Below, piece after piece: positions 29,836 to 38,646 of a stretch of 64,000 bases of DNA. The notes below the pieces were generated by a model. It saw only the letters and a program-made list of their open reading frames with translations, made no database searches and was not told where the DNA came from. Numbering within the stretch: the first letter of the stretch is position 1; the number at the start of each line of letters is the position of its first letter. This DNA is from Candidatus Doudnabacteria bacterium (lineage in GTDB: Bacteria > Patescibacteriota > Doudnabacteria > UBA920). A program made the position numbers and the translations under genes. The stretch is from positions 35,021-99,020 of the forward strand of contig JAEUSF010000003.1 in NCBI GenBank assembly GCA_016788665.1, read 5' to 3'.

Positions 29836-30353
29836 ATGGGGTGGGGCAATTGGCCGCTGGGGTTTGCCGGCAGTGCAATGGGCAGGCCCATGTCCTTGCC
29901 CAGCTTGTCGGTAAGAGCTCGCGTCTCGGGGTACTGCTCGCCCTGCCTAAACAGGGCTTCTTGGTAGTTTCCAACAGCGCTGAGCAGGAAACTGAAAATG
30001 TTGGGTGAGAACCGGCCGCTTCTGCTTAGGCTGGTTTTGATGCTCCCTGCGTAGAACACAATGTTCTCGTACGACCTCTTTTCAACCCCCTGGTAAAACT
30101 TGTCACGAAGAGCTTGTAACTCTTCTTCGCTCGTTCCAAGCTTTGCGAGGTCACGAACGCCGGCTTTCGCCATTGTCCGCCAAATTTCGCCAATGGCGAG
30201 AACGGGGTCAGTGACGAGGCCGTCACGAAGTCCGCGCACGAGCTCGCAGGCCTGTGCGAGTTTGGTCTCTCTTTTTTCGCATTTGCTTGCGTACGCCTTT
30301 TGGGGCGCCCGCTAAAATTAGCGCGGTCAGCATGAGCGCTTTTACGAAATTCA
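29832..30353 (-). pseudogene. GC-rich secreted protein gene interrupted by a frameshift at an A6 homopolymer; restored product is about 173 aa with signal peptide MNFVKALMLTALILAGAP
   Basis: The signal-peptide frame (ATG at 30353, RBS AAGGAGGG 6 nt upstream) stops after 48 codons. Deleting one A in AAAAAAG joins it in frame to the 135-aa ORF 29832..30239. Its stop overlaps the murJ stop. Confidence 0.45.
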
Positions 30354-30460
30354 TTTTCTGATCCCTCCTTTTTGGGACTTTGGCTAGTTATCAGGAATTA
30401 TTGTTTAAGTCTAGAGCTTTAAGGCTTTATTCTTTTTGCTTTATTTGGTAAAATTGCCTT

Positions 30461-32299
30461 ATGTCACAACAAGAAAACATAAGAAATTTTTGCATAATAG
30501 CTCATATAGACCACGGGAAGAGTACGCTTGCCGACAGGCTTTTGGAAATTACGAATACTGTTTTGAAAAGGGACATGAAGAGCCAATTACTTGACCAAAT
30601 GGACTTGGAACGGGAGAGGGGCATAACGATTAAACTACAACCGGTACGCATGACTTACACAATGAAGAATGAAGAAGTTAGAACGCAGAATGGAAAAGAC
30701 ATTTCTGATTCTGAATTCTACATTCTTAATTTAATCGACACTCCTGGGCACGTGGACTTTTCTTACGAAGTGTCCAGGTCTTTGGCATGCTGCGAAGGTG
30801 CAATTTTGGTTGTCGACTCCACTCAAGGCATAGAAGCCCAAACCTTGGCCAATGTTTACTTAGCTTTAGAGCATGACTTGGCAATTATCCCGGTTATAAA
30901 TAAGATTGACCTGCCGAATTCAGACAGGCAAAAAACTGCCGAAGAGCTAAAGAGTGCTTTCGGCTTTACTGACGAAGAAATTTTGTATGCTTCGGGCAAA
31001 ACCGGCGAGGGCGTGGAAGATATAATTCATGCCGTAATTAAGCGCGTACCCGCTCCCAAAGGTGACAGTAAAAAACCTGTTAGGGCGCTAATATTTGACT
31101 CTATATATGACATACATAGAGGAGTGGTTGCTTACGTTAGGGTGTTTGACGGACAGATATTTCCGAGAGAAAAAATTTATACGTTGGAAAGTAAGACCGA
31201 GGCCGAAAGTTTAGAGGTTGGCTATTTTAAACCCAAAATGGAAAAGTCCGCTGAGATAAAAACCGGTGAAGTAGGTTATATTGTCACCGGACTTAGAGAC
31301 GTTTCCAAGGCCCGGGTGGGTGATACTATAACTCTGTTTGAGGGCCGCCAGACCGCCGAGCCTCTTCCAGGTTATAAACATGTGACTCCGATGGTTTATG
31401 CTACAATTTTTCCGGTTTCGGGCGATGATTATCCGTCTCTGCGTGATGCTATGGAAAAATTAAGGCTTTCCGACGCATCTCTTTCTTTTGAGCCTATAAA
31501 TATCCCTTCTATAGGATTTGGTTTTAGAACAGGGTTTTTAGGCCTTTTGCATATGGATATTGTGCAAGAAAGGTTGTCTCGCGAGTATAACTTAGATTTG
31601 GTTTTAACTGCTCCAAGCGTTGCGTACAGAATAGTGAAATCAGATGGTTCTGAAATTACTATCCATAATCCGGCTGAAATGCCCGACCCGAGTATAATAA
31701 AAGAAATGTACGAACCGTGGATGCTGGTTAATATTTTAACCCCGACGGATCATATTGGGCCCATTATGGAAATTGCTACTCAAAGAAGGGCTGTGAGTAA
31801 AGATATAAAATATATTTCAAAAGACAGGGTAGATATGTCTTTTGAAATGCCTCTTGCAAATATTATTTTGGACTTTTATGACAAACTTAAGTCCGTGTCT
31901 TCTGGTTACGCTTCTCTGAATTATGATTTTGTGGAAGAGCGGGTAGGAGATTTGGCTAAAGTTGATATTTTAGTGGCGGGGGAAAAGGTAGACGCTCTTT
32001 CGGTAATTATGCATCGTTCATTTGCGGCTCAGGAAGGCAAGGAATTGGTTGCGAAGCTAAAAGAGCTTATTCCGAGACATCAATTTGAAATAGCTCTTCA
32101 GGCCGCAATCGGAGGGAAAGTAGTCGCTCGGGAAACAATATCGGCGCTTAGAAAAGATGTGACAGGATATTTATATGGGGGCGATGTTACCCGAAAAATG
32201 AAGCTTTTAAACAAGCAAAAAAAAGGTAAGAAACGAATGAAAAAAATTGGCAAGGTTGACATACCGCAGGAAGCATTTTTAGCAGTACTTAAAAAATAG
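30461..32299 (+). CDS. lepA: Elongation factor 4 (LepA)
   Basis: AHIDHGKST G1 motif, 612 aa, LepA-specific C-terminal domain. Confidence 0.95.
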   Translation: MSQQENIRNFCIIAHIDHGKSTLADRLLEITNTVLKRDMKSQLLDQMDLERERGITIKLQPVRMTYTMKNEEVRTQNGKDISDSEFYILNLIDTPGHVDFSYEVSRSLACCEGAILVVDSTQGIEAQTLANVYLALEHDLAIIPVINKIDLPNSDRQKTAEELKSAFGFTDEEILYASGKTGEGVEDIIHAVIKRVPAPKGDSKKPVRALIFDSIYDIHRGVVAYVRVFDGQIFPREKIYTLESKTEAESLEVGYFKPKMEKSAEIKTGEVGYIVTGLRDVSKARVGDTITLFEGRQTAEPLPGYKHVTPMVYATIFPVSGDDYPSLRDAMEKLRLSDASLSFEPINIPSIGFGFRTGFLGLLHMDIVQERLSREYNLDLVLTAPSVAYRIVKSDGSEITIHNPAEMPDPSIIKEMYEPWMLVNILTPTDHIGPIMEIATQRRAVSKDIKYISKDRVDMSFEMPLANIILDFYDKLKSVSSGYASLNYDFVEERVGDLAKVDILVAGEKVDALSVIMHRSFAAQEGKELVAKLKELIPRHQFEIALQAAIGGKVVARETISALRKDVTGYLYGGDVTRKMKLLNKQKKGKKRMKKIGKVDIPQEAFLAVLKK

Positions 32300-32391
32300 A
32301 AAGGCGGTGCTTATCCACCAAAGGGAGGGTTGGATTTAAGAATAAAAAAAACCATACTTGATTTGGTTCATAAACCATCTTGTACGGTTTG

Positions 32392-32589
32392 CTACCAGAT
32401 TCGCGGTAAAGCCGGTAAGGTTCCGGTCTTGAACGCAAAACTAAACAGCAAGAATGCTAAGACGAATATTACAACCCGTAATCTTTCGCTTAAGCGTATT
32501 TGGCACTCGCTCAGAATCCAGCCTAGCAGGAATGTTACAACTCCTGACAAAATTGTCAGGTCGAATACCGTGCTAAAAATCTTCTCCAT
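32392..32589 (-). CDS. Small two-TM membrane protein (65 aa), hypothetical
   Basis: Hydrophobic ORF with GAGGAG Shine-Dalgarno about 9 nt upstream of the ATG. The overlapping plus-strand ORF looks spurious. Confidence 0.35.
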   Translation of the reverse strand: MEKIFSTVFDLTILSGVVTFLLGWILSECQIRLSERLRVVIFVLAFLLFSFAFKTGTLPALPRIW

Positions 32590-32663
32590 CTATCTATGAC
32601 TCCTCGTTTGATTTTTAGACTATCATTTTCTAAAACAATTTACAAATTTAATGTAAGAGCAAT

Positions 32664-33305
32664 ATGAACAAAAAAATTGGAATAGGTCTTGCTGTGATAG
32701 TAATAACTATCGCAGCTTATATGGTTTTTAATGTGAAAGACAAGGCGAGCGAATCTTCGGTTAAAAGCCAGGACCAGACTCAGATACAGTCTGAAATAAA
32801 GACAGAGTCGGAAAAAAAGTCGCTTAAAAGTTTGGCAATGGCTGGAAAGCCTCAAAAATGCACTTTTACCCAGCAAGTCGAAAATTCTGAAAGTTCGGGC
32901 ACTTATTTCATTTCTACTGGTAAAGTCCGAGGCGATTACAACGTAAAGACTCAAGGGCAAAATATTTCTGGGCATATGATTTTAGACGGGAGTATTATTT
33001 ATACTTGGTCAGATGCACAGACACAGGGTTTTAAGATGGAGGTTTTAGAAGAAAACAATTCCACTTCCCAAACTAACCAAAACATAAATGTGGCCCAGCA
33101 GCTTGCTTATAAGTGCGAAGATTGGAAATTAGACGAAGCAGTATTTTCTTTGCCTAAAGATGTAACTTTTAAAACAATGGCAGAAGCATCTGGTGGGGCC
33201 AATACTATGTCGCAAGACGATATAAAAGCTATGCAGTGTAAGGCATGTGACAATGTGCCTGCTGAAAGCGGGATGCAGTGCAAGCAGGCTTTAAATTGCA
33301 AATAA
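32664..33305 (+). CDS. Secreted/anchored Cys-containing hypothetical protein (213 aa)
   Basis: N-terminal signal anchor. Ser/Gln/Thr-rich linker. Six Cys in the C-terminal part. Confidence 0.5.
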   Translation: MNKKIGIGLAVIVITIAAYMVFNVKDKASESSVKSQDQTQIQSEIKTESEKKSLKSLAMAGKPQKCTFTQQVENSESSGTYFISTGKVRGDYNVKTQGQNISGHMILDGSIIYTWSDAQTQGFKMEVLEENNSTSQTNQNINVAQQLAYKCEDWKLDEAVFSLPKDVTFKTMAEASGGANTMSQDDIKAMQCKACDNVPAESGMQCKQALNCK

Positions 33306-33331
33306 AAAACACCTTTTAAAAAGATGTTTGA

Positions 33332-33481
33332 CTAGAGTTTGCCGATGATTAATTTGGCTGAAATGGCAATCGCTAAAGCTGTTGCAGCTGCGCCAAGCGC
33401 TACTTGGGCTGGAATGTTTAGGAGGAGCAAACTGCCAAGAGCCCCGGCTATGCCGACGCTAATACTAATGCATTTTCGCAT
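33332..33481 (-). CDS. 49-aa hydrophobic peptide (MRKCISISVGIAGALGSLLLLNIPAQVALGAAATALAIAISAKLIIGKL) with a perfect Shine-Dalgarno; not in the ORF track
   Basis: AGGAGG then 6 nt then ATG. Starts 10 nt after the stop of the 103-aa ORF 33492..33803 on the same strand. One to two predicted TM helices rich in small residues. Confidence 0.45.
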   Translation of the reverse strand: MRKCISISVGIAGALGSLLLLNIPAQVALGAAATALAIAISAKLIIGKL

Positions 33482-33491
33482 TCGATTCCTC

Positions 33492-33803
33492 CTAACTACT
33501 CATGCACAGTGGTGGCAGGTCATCCAGTGGCGATTCGCGGAACTTGGTTGGTATGCAACCGTGAGTCAGGATCGCGAGAACATACCAGCAGAATGTAGCA
33601 AACCTAACTGTCCTCCTCTGTCCTGCAATGGATAGCTCCCACGACAGCTCTGCTTCCATTGTGTGGTTTTCCCACTCGAAGACCAAGGCTGTTCTGTTGG
33701 CGAGAAGCGCCAGGTCATGATCGGTTTGTTGTGACATCGGCAAGCTTTCAAACGCTTGCCAACATTTTACAAGGTTGCTATAGCTAAGCCGAAAACTGAA
33801 CAT
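33492..33803 (-). CDS. Hypothetical protein (103 aa, possibly 81 aa from the internal Met MSQQTDHD...), first gene of a two-gene minus-strand unit in a GC-elevated patch
   Basis: ORF in a roughly 50% GC segment. TATAAT lies 8 nt upstream of its ATG on the minus strand. No recognisable domain. Confidence 0.4.
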   Translation of the reverse strand: MFSFRLSYSNLVKCWQAFESLPMSQQTDHDLALLANRTALVFEWENHTMEAELSWELSIAGQRRTVRFATFCWYVLAILTHGCIPTKFRESPLDDLPPLCMSS

Positions 33804-33840
33804 AAATTGATTATACTTTAAATTTGGTAATATTTAAAAT

Positions 33841-33957
33841 ATGAATATATTTAAACAAAGAAAGACTTTGCATAAAATAATGTATGCACTGGCAATAGTT
33901 ATGATATTTAGCATGTTGTTTTTAACACTTGGGCCAACTTTTTTTAGTGGGAACTAA
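33841..33957 (+). CDS. 38-aa single-TM peptide (MNIFKQRKTLHKIMYALAIVMIFSMLFLTLGPTFFSGN), translationally coupled (TAATG) to the downstream PH-domain gene
   Basis: Stop TAA overlaps the ATG of 33957..34427. Hydrophobic core. No clear SD. Confidence 0.3.
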   Translation: MNIFKQRKTLHKIMYALAIVMIFSMLFLTLGPTFFSGN

Positions 33958-34427
33958 TGAATTACAAAAGTGGTGAAAAAGTTATTAAGTTTTATACGCA
34001 AAGCAGGGTGTTGCCAGTTTTTTATTTTGGTATTTTTCTTTTGAGTGTAGGCATTCCCATGTACTTTTTAAAAAAGTACGAACTGTTTAGTAACTTTTCC
34101 AGAGTTTACTACGCTTGGCTTGGGGTTAGCGGGCTGTTATTTATTAGGCTATTTGCCCTCTGGCGAATGAATAAGGCCGTCTTAACAAGCCAGAGACTGT
34201 TGGTTATAATCCAGCATGGAATTTTTCATAGAGAAGTTGTGGATGTGCCAAAAGACAAGGTTGCCAACATTTCATACGAAAAAATTGGTATATTTCAGGC
34301 CATTTTTAATTTTGGAAATATGGCAATTAGACAGGTGGGTCTTACAGAACCTGTGGAAATAAAAAATTTGCAGTCCCCGCAGGTGGTAAAAGAAGAAATT
34401 ATGGCTGAAGTGAGGAAAGAGCAGTAG
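33957..34427 (+). CDS. Membrane-associated bacterial PH domain protein (bPH_2/DUF304, YdbT-like)
   Basis: Two N-terminal TM helices followed by a PH-like domain pattern (QRLLVIIQHGIFHREVVDVPKDKVANISYEKIGIFQAIFNFGNMAI). Confidence 0.55.
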   Translation: MNYKSGEKVIKFYTQSRVLPVFYFGIFLLSVGIPMYFLKKYELFSNFSRVYYAWLGVSGLLFIRLFALWRMNKAVLTSQRLLVIIQHGIFHREVVDVPKDKVANISYEKIGIFQAIFNFGNMAIRQVGLTEPVEIKNLQSPQVVKEEIMAEVRKEQ

Positions 34428-34493
34428 AGGGCGTCAAATTTTTTGAAATTTGCCTGAATTGTGTTACAATAAATAAAGAATTTAGGTAAAATT

Positions 34494-34871
34494 GTGAAAT
34501 CAAAAAAAGTTTTTTCAAACAAATATTTTCTAATATTGCTTTTAGTTTTAAGCATTTTTTTGGGTAGGCAAAAATATATTCAATACAAGCAAAGCCAAGC
34601 CGTTGAGGGTGAGAAGCAGAAGATTTTGGCCCAAATAGACAGTTTGCAAAAGAAAAATACAGAAATAGCAACTTCTTTAGAATATTTTAGATCAGAAAGT
34701 TTTAAGCAAAAAGTAGCAAGAGAACAGTTGAATCTAAAGAAACCTGGTGAGCTGGTTTATGGCTTTATAGAAGCAGATAGCCCTGTTATGACAAATGAGG
34801 GTTCTGGCTCACAAAAAAAGCCTTCTTCAAATTTTGAAGCTTGGGTTAAATATTTTATGGGTAAATTATAA
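34494..34871 (+). CDS. ftsB: Septum formation initiator family protein (FtsB/DivIC-like)
   Basis: N-terminal TM plus coiled-coil (LQKKNTEIATSLEYFRSESFKQKVAREQLNLKKPGE) typical of FtsB/DivIC. Confidence 0.55.
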   Translation: MKSKKVFSNKYFLILLLVLSIFLGRQKYIQYKQSQAVEGEKQKILAQIDSLQKKNTEIATSLEYFRSESFKQKVAREQLNLKKPGELVYGFIEADSPVMTNEGSGSQKKPSSNFEAWVKYFMGKL

Positions 34872-35617
34872 TGAAAAAAAAGAGATTGAAAAATATTCGT
34901 ATAGGAGCTGTCTTTTTTGCCATACTTTTAGTTCTGAGCGTGGTTTGGCTTTATACAAGAAACGGGCTAACTCAATCTAAAGCTAAAGTATTGCGTTTTT
35001 TGCCTTTACCAATAGCGTTAGTAGACAGCAAACCTCTTTTTGCCGAAGGCTTTTTGCAGATTAAAAACTCTTTGTCAGACCCTAATAAATTTTCTGACCG
35101 AGAAGTTTATGAGGCTTATATTAACTATGAAGCCAAAAAAACTTTGGTTCAAAAATTAAAAATTTCTTTTGACGAAAAGTCTGGTTGGTCCAATATATTT
35201 AAAAATTCTGAGTCTTTAGACGTGGCTTTAAAAACTTATTTTAATCAAAGCGAAGTATTAAACCCCGAGCCTTATAACTTGTCTAAAAATTTGGTTAGCC
35301 GCATCAGACAAGGAGAAGATTTTGCCAATGTGGCAAAAAGTTATAGTAATGACGAGTATAGTAAGTACTTTGGTGGTTTTGCCGGAATTTTGACATATAA
35401 CGAAGTTCTGCCGGAAATAAAAGCAAAGCTAGAGGTGGTAAGGGTGGGAGAGATAAGTGTTATGGCGAGCAGATATGGTCTGCATATAATTCAAGTTACG
35501 GAAAAGCTGTCAGAAAAAGCGCAAATAAGACAAATTAATTTACTGGTACCGGGCTATGAAAAATGGCTCGAAAGTGAATTGGATAAAATTAAAATCAAAA
35601 TCATTATAAAGCCTTAA
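34871..35617 (+). CDS. Membrane-anchored parvulin-type peptidyl-prolyl cis-trans isomerase (PrsA/SurA-like)
   Basis: PpiC signature GEDFANVAKSYSND...GGFAGILTYNEV...YGLHIIQV. Confidence 0.7.
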   Translation: MKKKRLKNIRIGAVFFAILLVLSVVWLYTRNGLTQSKAKVLRFLPLPIALVDSKPLFAEGFLQIKNSLSDPNKFSDREVYEAYINYEAKKTLVQKLKISFDEKSGWSNIFKNSESLDVALKTYFNQSEVLNPEPYNLSKNLVSRIRQGEDFANVAKSYSNDEYSKYFGGFAGILTYNEVLPEIKAKLEVVRVGEISVMASRYGLHIIQVTEKLSEKAQIRQINLLVPGYEKWLESELDKIKIKIIIKP

Positions 35618-35631
35618 CAGGCATAACAAAT

Positions 35632-37395
35632 ATGAACCAAGAACTATTGGCGTACGTAAAGTCTGCTAAGCAGCATAATATGTCCGATGGAGAAATTAGG
35701 CAGAATTTGCATAATGCCGGGTGGGAGGGTAAGGATATAGAAGAAGCTATACTAAATTATGCAGCAGCTTCGGGTTTGGCAGAACAGGTTTTAAGTCCTG
35801 TAATAAAGCCATCTGCTGGTGCAGAAGCGGCTCCTGCGGTTTTAGGTAATATTGCTAACACGCCAAAGAAAAATAATGTAAAAGTTATATTAAGTATTTT
35901 GGCTCTAGTTTTACTAGGCGGGGCCGGAGCTTTTGCTTACGTGTTTGGTTACCATACCCCAAACCAAGTTTGGAGCAAGTTTTTGACTGCAAAAAAGTCG
36001 GAAGTGTACGACAGTAAGTTTTCTTTGTCTTATAAAGATAATAACGCTAGTACGAGCAGCTCCGCGGAAGACTCAATTCTTGGTATTAAAAGTATTTTCT
36101 TAAAATTTGACGGCGATGTGTATTTGAACTCTGCTGACAAGAGTAATCCTGAGTCAACTGCGGACGTGCAGTATACTTTCGGTTCAGGTGATACAAATTT
36201 TAACACGGGTTTTAAATACAGGCTCAAGGGTAACGTAATTTATTTAAATATTGGTAGTAATCCTCTTTTGGACATGGCGACAGCCGGGTTAGTTCCTAGC
36301 GGCCAAGAAAAACCAGAGTGGCTTAAAATAGACACTAAGGCGTTAATGCAGGGTTCGGGTCAGGATTCTAGCTCTTTGGAAAGTTTGGGGAGTGTTTTTA
36401 CTCCGGAGCTCTCAAACCAAATTAGTGAAGTATGGAAAAATGCAAAGATTGTGAAGTTAAAAAAGTTTAAGGGCTTTGAAAAGGTTTCTGGAAGCATGAC
36501 TATGCATTTTGAAAATGAGCTCGACAAAGAAGCTTTTAAGTCTGTAATTATTGCATCGGTTCAGAAGTTAGCTGACGCCTCTAAAAATAGCGGCTCCACA
36601 AGCCCGGAAGAAATACAGAGTGGTATGGATTTAGCGACAAAAATAGTTGGAGCAATAGTTGAAAAAATTCAAGTAACAAACTTTGAAACATGGGTGGGGG
36701 TAAAAAACTTCAATTTATATAAAGTAAAGTTTTCCAGCAATGCGCCGTCCGTACTTGCTGCTTTGGGAAGTTTCCAGACTACAATGTCAGACGCAAGTTT
36801 TCAGGCAAGGGATACTAGGCGATACAGCGATATACAACAATTATCCTCCGCATTAGAGCTGTATTATAAGGACAACGGGGGTTATCCTGAAGCATTAAAT
36901 GGAAAACCTGTTGGCCTAGAGCCTGGTTATATATATAAAATTCCAGACGCTCCATTGCCACCAGATGGGAGCTGTAGTTCGTATTACAATACTTATTGGT
37001 ATACTCCAGTTGGACAAAAAAAGAACGTTAATGGTAAGAGTGTTCATTCCGATTACACGTATGATTTATGCTTTGGAGAACCTGTGGGTGGCTATCCGGC
37101 GGGACTGGCACGCTTAACACCCGAAGGTGTAACAGGAGGCTTGGTTTGTGACAGTCAAGACACTAATTGTAAGGCTAGTGAAAATGCGTCATCGGAAATT
37201 GTAGAATCTAAAGACGAAGTAGATGCAATTTTAGACAAGCTAAATTTTGCAGCAGAGTTCAATGTGGATGCTACATATGGAAACTATGGAAAGATTAGGG
37301 CTGTTGAGGAGCCAAAAGAGTTTTTTGACCTGACTGAAATGTTGTCCAGAGGGGGGAGTTATCCTTCTGACGAAGGTTTGAATATGAATCAATAA
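35632..37395 (+). CDS. Large membrane-anchored surface protein containing a type IV pilin/pseudopilin-like globular domain
   Basis: N-terminal soluble segment then a TM helix. RDTRRYSDIQQLSSALELYYKDNGGYPE resembles the pilin/GspG globular-domain start. Cys pairs in the C-terminal part. Confidence 0.5.
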   Translation: MNQELLAYVKSAKQHNMSDGEIRQNLHNAGWEGKDIEEAILNYAAASGLAEQVLSPVIKPSAGAEAAPAVLGNIANTPKKNNVKVILSILALVLLGGAGAFAYVFGYHTPNQVWSKFLTAKKSEVYDSKFSLSYKDNNASTSSSAEDSILGIKSIFLKFDGDVYLNSADKSNPESTADVQYTFGSGDTNFNTGFKYRLKGNVIYLNIGSNPLLDMATAGLVPSGQEKPEWLKIDTKALMQGSGQDSSSLESLGSVFTPELSNQISEVWKNAKIVKLKKFKGFEKVSGSMTMHFENELDKEAFKSVIIASVQKLADASKNSGSTSPEEIQSGMDLATKIVGAIVEKIQVTNFETWVGVKNFNLYKVKFSSNAPSVLAALGSFQTTMSDASFQARDTRRYSDIQQLSSALELYYKDNGGYPEALNGKPVGLEPGYIYKIPDAPLPPDGSCSSYYNTYWYTPVGQKKNVNGKSVHSDYTYDLCFGEPVGGYPAGLARLTPEGVTGGLVCDSQDTNCKASENASSEIVESKDEVDAILDKLNFAAEFNVDATYGNYGKIRAVEEPKEFFDLTEMLSRGGSYPSDEGLNMNQ

Positions 37396-37511
37396 AACCC
37401 TTTCTAAAAATACTTAAAAAAACATAATAGTAGTATAAATATTTTTTCACCCTTACAAGTGTAAGGGTGTTTTTTATTGTCAAAGAGGGTAAAATTCTAT
37501 ATAATTAAGCA

Positions 37512-38303
37512 ATGAAAATTGGTATTTTTGACTCTGGTTTGGGTGGGCTAGTTATTCTTAAGTCGGTAACGAAACTTCTGCCACAGTATTCTTATGTTTA
37601 TTTGGGGGATACTTTAAATTTGCCGTACGGAAAAAAAAGCCAGGCAGAAATTTATAACCTAACAAAAAAGGCCGTGGCGTTTTTGTTTAAACATGATTGC
37701 AAATTAGTTATAATAGCGTGTAACACGGCCTCGGCGGCAGCTTTACGCAAATTGCAAAAAGGTTGGTTGCCGAAAATGTATCCCGACCGAAGAATTTTGG
37801 GGGTTATAGTTCCTGTTGTTGAAGTTGTGAGTACAGAAAGGATTGGGGTTATTGCAACTAAGGCAACGGTGCTAACAAAAACTTATATAAAAGAGATTAA
37901 AAAATTAAATTCCTCAGCAAAAGTATTTCAGGTAGCAGCATCTGACCTGGTTCCCTTAATTGAGGCAAATAATTTTAAAGCAGCAAATGAAGCTTTAAAA
38001 AAGTATTTAACTCCTCTAATAAATAAGCATGTAAGCTCTTTGATTTTGGGCTGCACACACTACCCATTGCTAAAAAATGAAGTGCGGCGATTGGTTGGAA
38101 AAAATGTAAAAATTATTTCCCAAGACCAAATTATTCCGCTAAAATTGCAGTCATATTTAAACAAGCATGCAGAATTTAAGGACACTCTCTTAAAAAACCA
38201 CAAAACTGAATTTTATGTCACCAAGCTTGGTTCGAGCTTAAAAATAATTTCAAAGTCCCTTTTTGGAACGACTATAGAATTTAAGCGGGTCAATGTAAAT
38301 TAA
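37512..38303 (+). CDS. murI: Glutamate racemase (MurI)
   Basis: IGIFDSGLGGL, IIACNTAS and GCTHYP motifs. Confidence 0.85.
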   Translation: MKIGIFDSGLGGLVILKSVTKLLPQYSYVYLGDTLNLPYGKKSQAEIYNLTKKAVAFLFKHDCKLVIIACNTASAAALRKLQKGWLPKMYPDRRILGVIVPVVEVVSTERIGVIATKATVLTKTYIKEIKKLNSSAKVFQVAASDLVPLIEANNFKAANEALKKYLTPLINKHVSSLILGCTHYPLLKNEVRRLVGKNVKIISQDQIIPLKLQSYLNKHAEFKDTLLKNHKTEFYVTKLGSSLKIISKSLFGTTIEFKRVNVN

Positions 38304-38366
38304 ATAGGGTGTGTAAGGCATGGAATGATTCGCGGGTGCTAATTAACGAAATCTGTATTTATTGGT

Positions 38367-38442
38367 GCCGGCTTAGCTCATCTGGTAGAGCAGCGGTATC
38401 GTAAACCGCAGGTGGTCGGTTCAAGTCCGACAGCCGGCTCCA
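38367..38442 (+). tRNA. tRNA-Thr (anticodon CGT)
   Basis: Cloverleaf: acceptor GCCGGCT/AGCCGGC, D arm GCTC...GAGC, anticodon stem GCGGT/ACCGC with loop AUCGUAA, T arm GTCGG-TTCAAGT-CCGAC, encoded CCA. Confidence 0.85.
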
Positions 38443-38570
38443 TTAGGTACAGATTTGGTATTAAAAGCGTGGCCCCGGGTAGCATTGATTACCCACCAAC
38501 GAATGGTTCTGAAGTTTTAAAAGTTTATATATAAGCACAAAATGTGGGTTTTGGTCAAGTGCCTAGAGGA

Positions 38571-38599
38571 TTGACACTAAAGACACTTGTTTGTAAAAT
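38571..38599 (+). promoter_or_regulatory. Putative atp operon promoter TTGACA-17-TAAAAT
   Basis: Hexamers read directly, about 50 nt upstream of the atpI-like ORF. Confidence 0.45.
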
Positions 38600-38646
38600 T
38601 AAAGCAAATAAAATAAATAATTATTTGGCTTATATAAAAGTAATTT

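Noticed and set aside
32330-32599. 89-aa plus-strand ORF after lepA
   Set aside because: Basic low-complexity product and no RBS. The antisense 65-aa membrane ORF with a GAGGAG SD is the more plausible gene there, and even that is tentative.
33339-33635. 98-aa plus-strand ORF in island C
   Set aside because: The opposite strand carries a better supported unit, with AGGAGG SD and tight gene spacing. The plus-strand product is Ala/Pro/Arg-rich with no start context.
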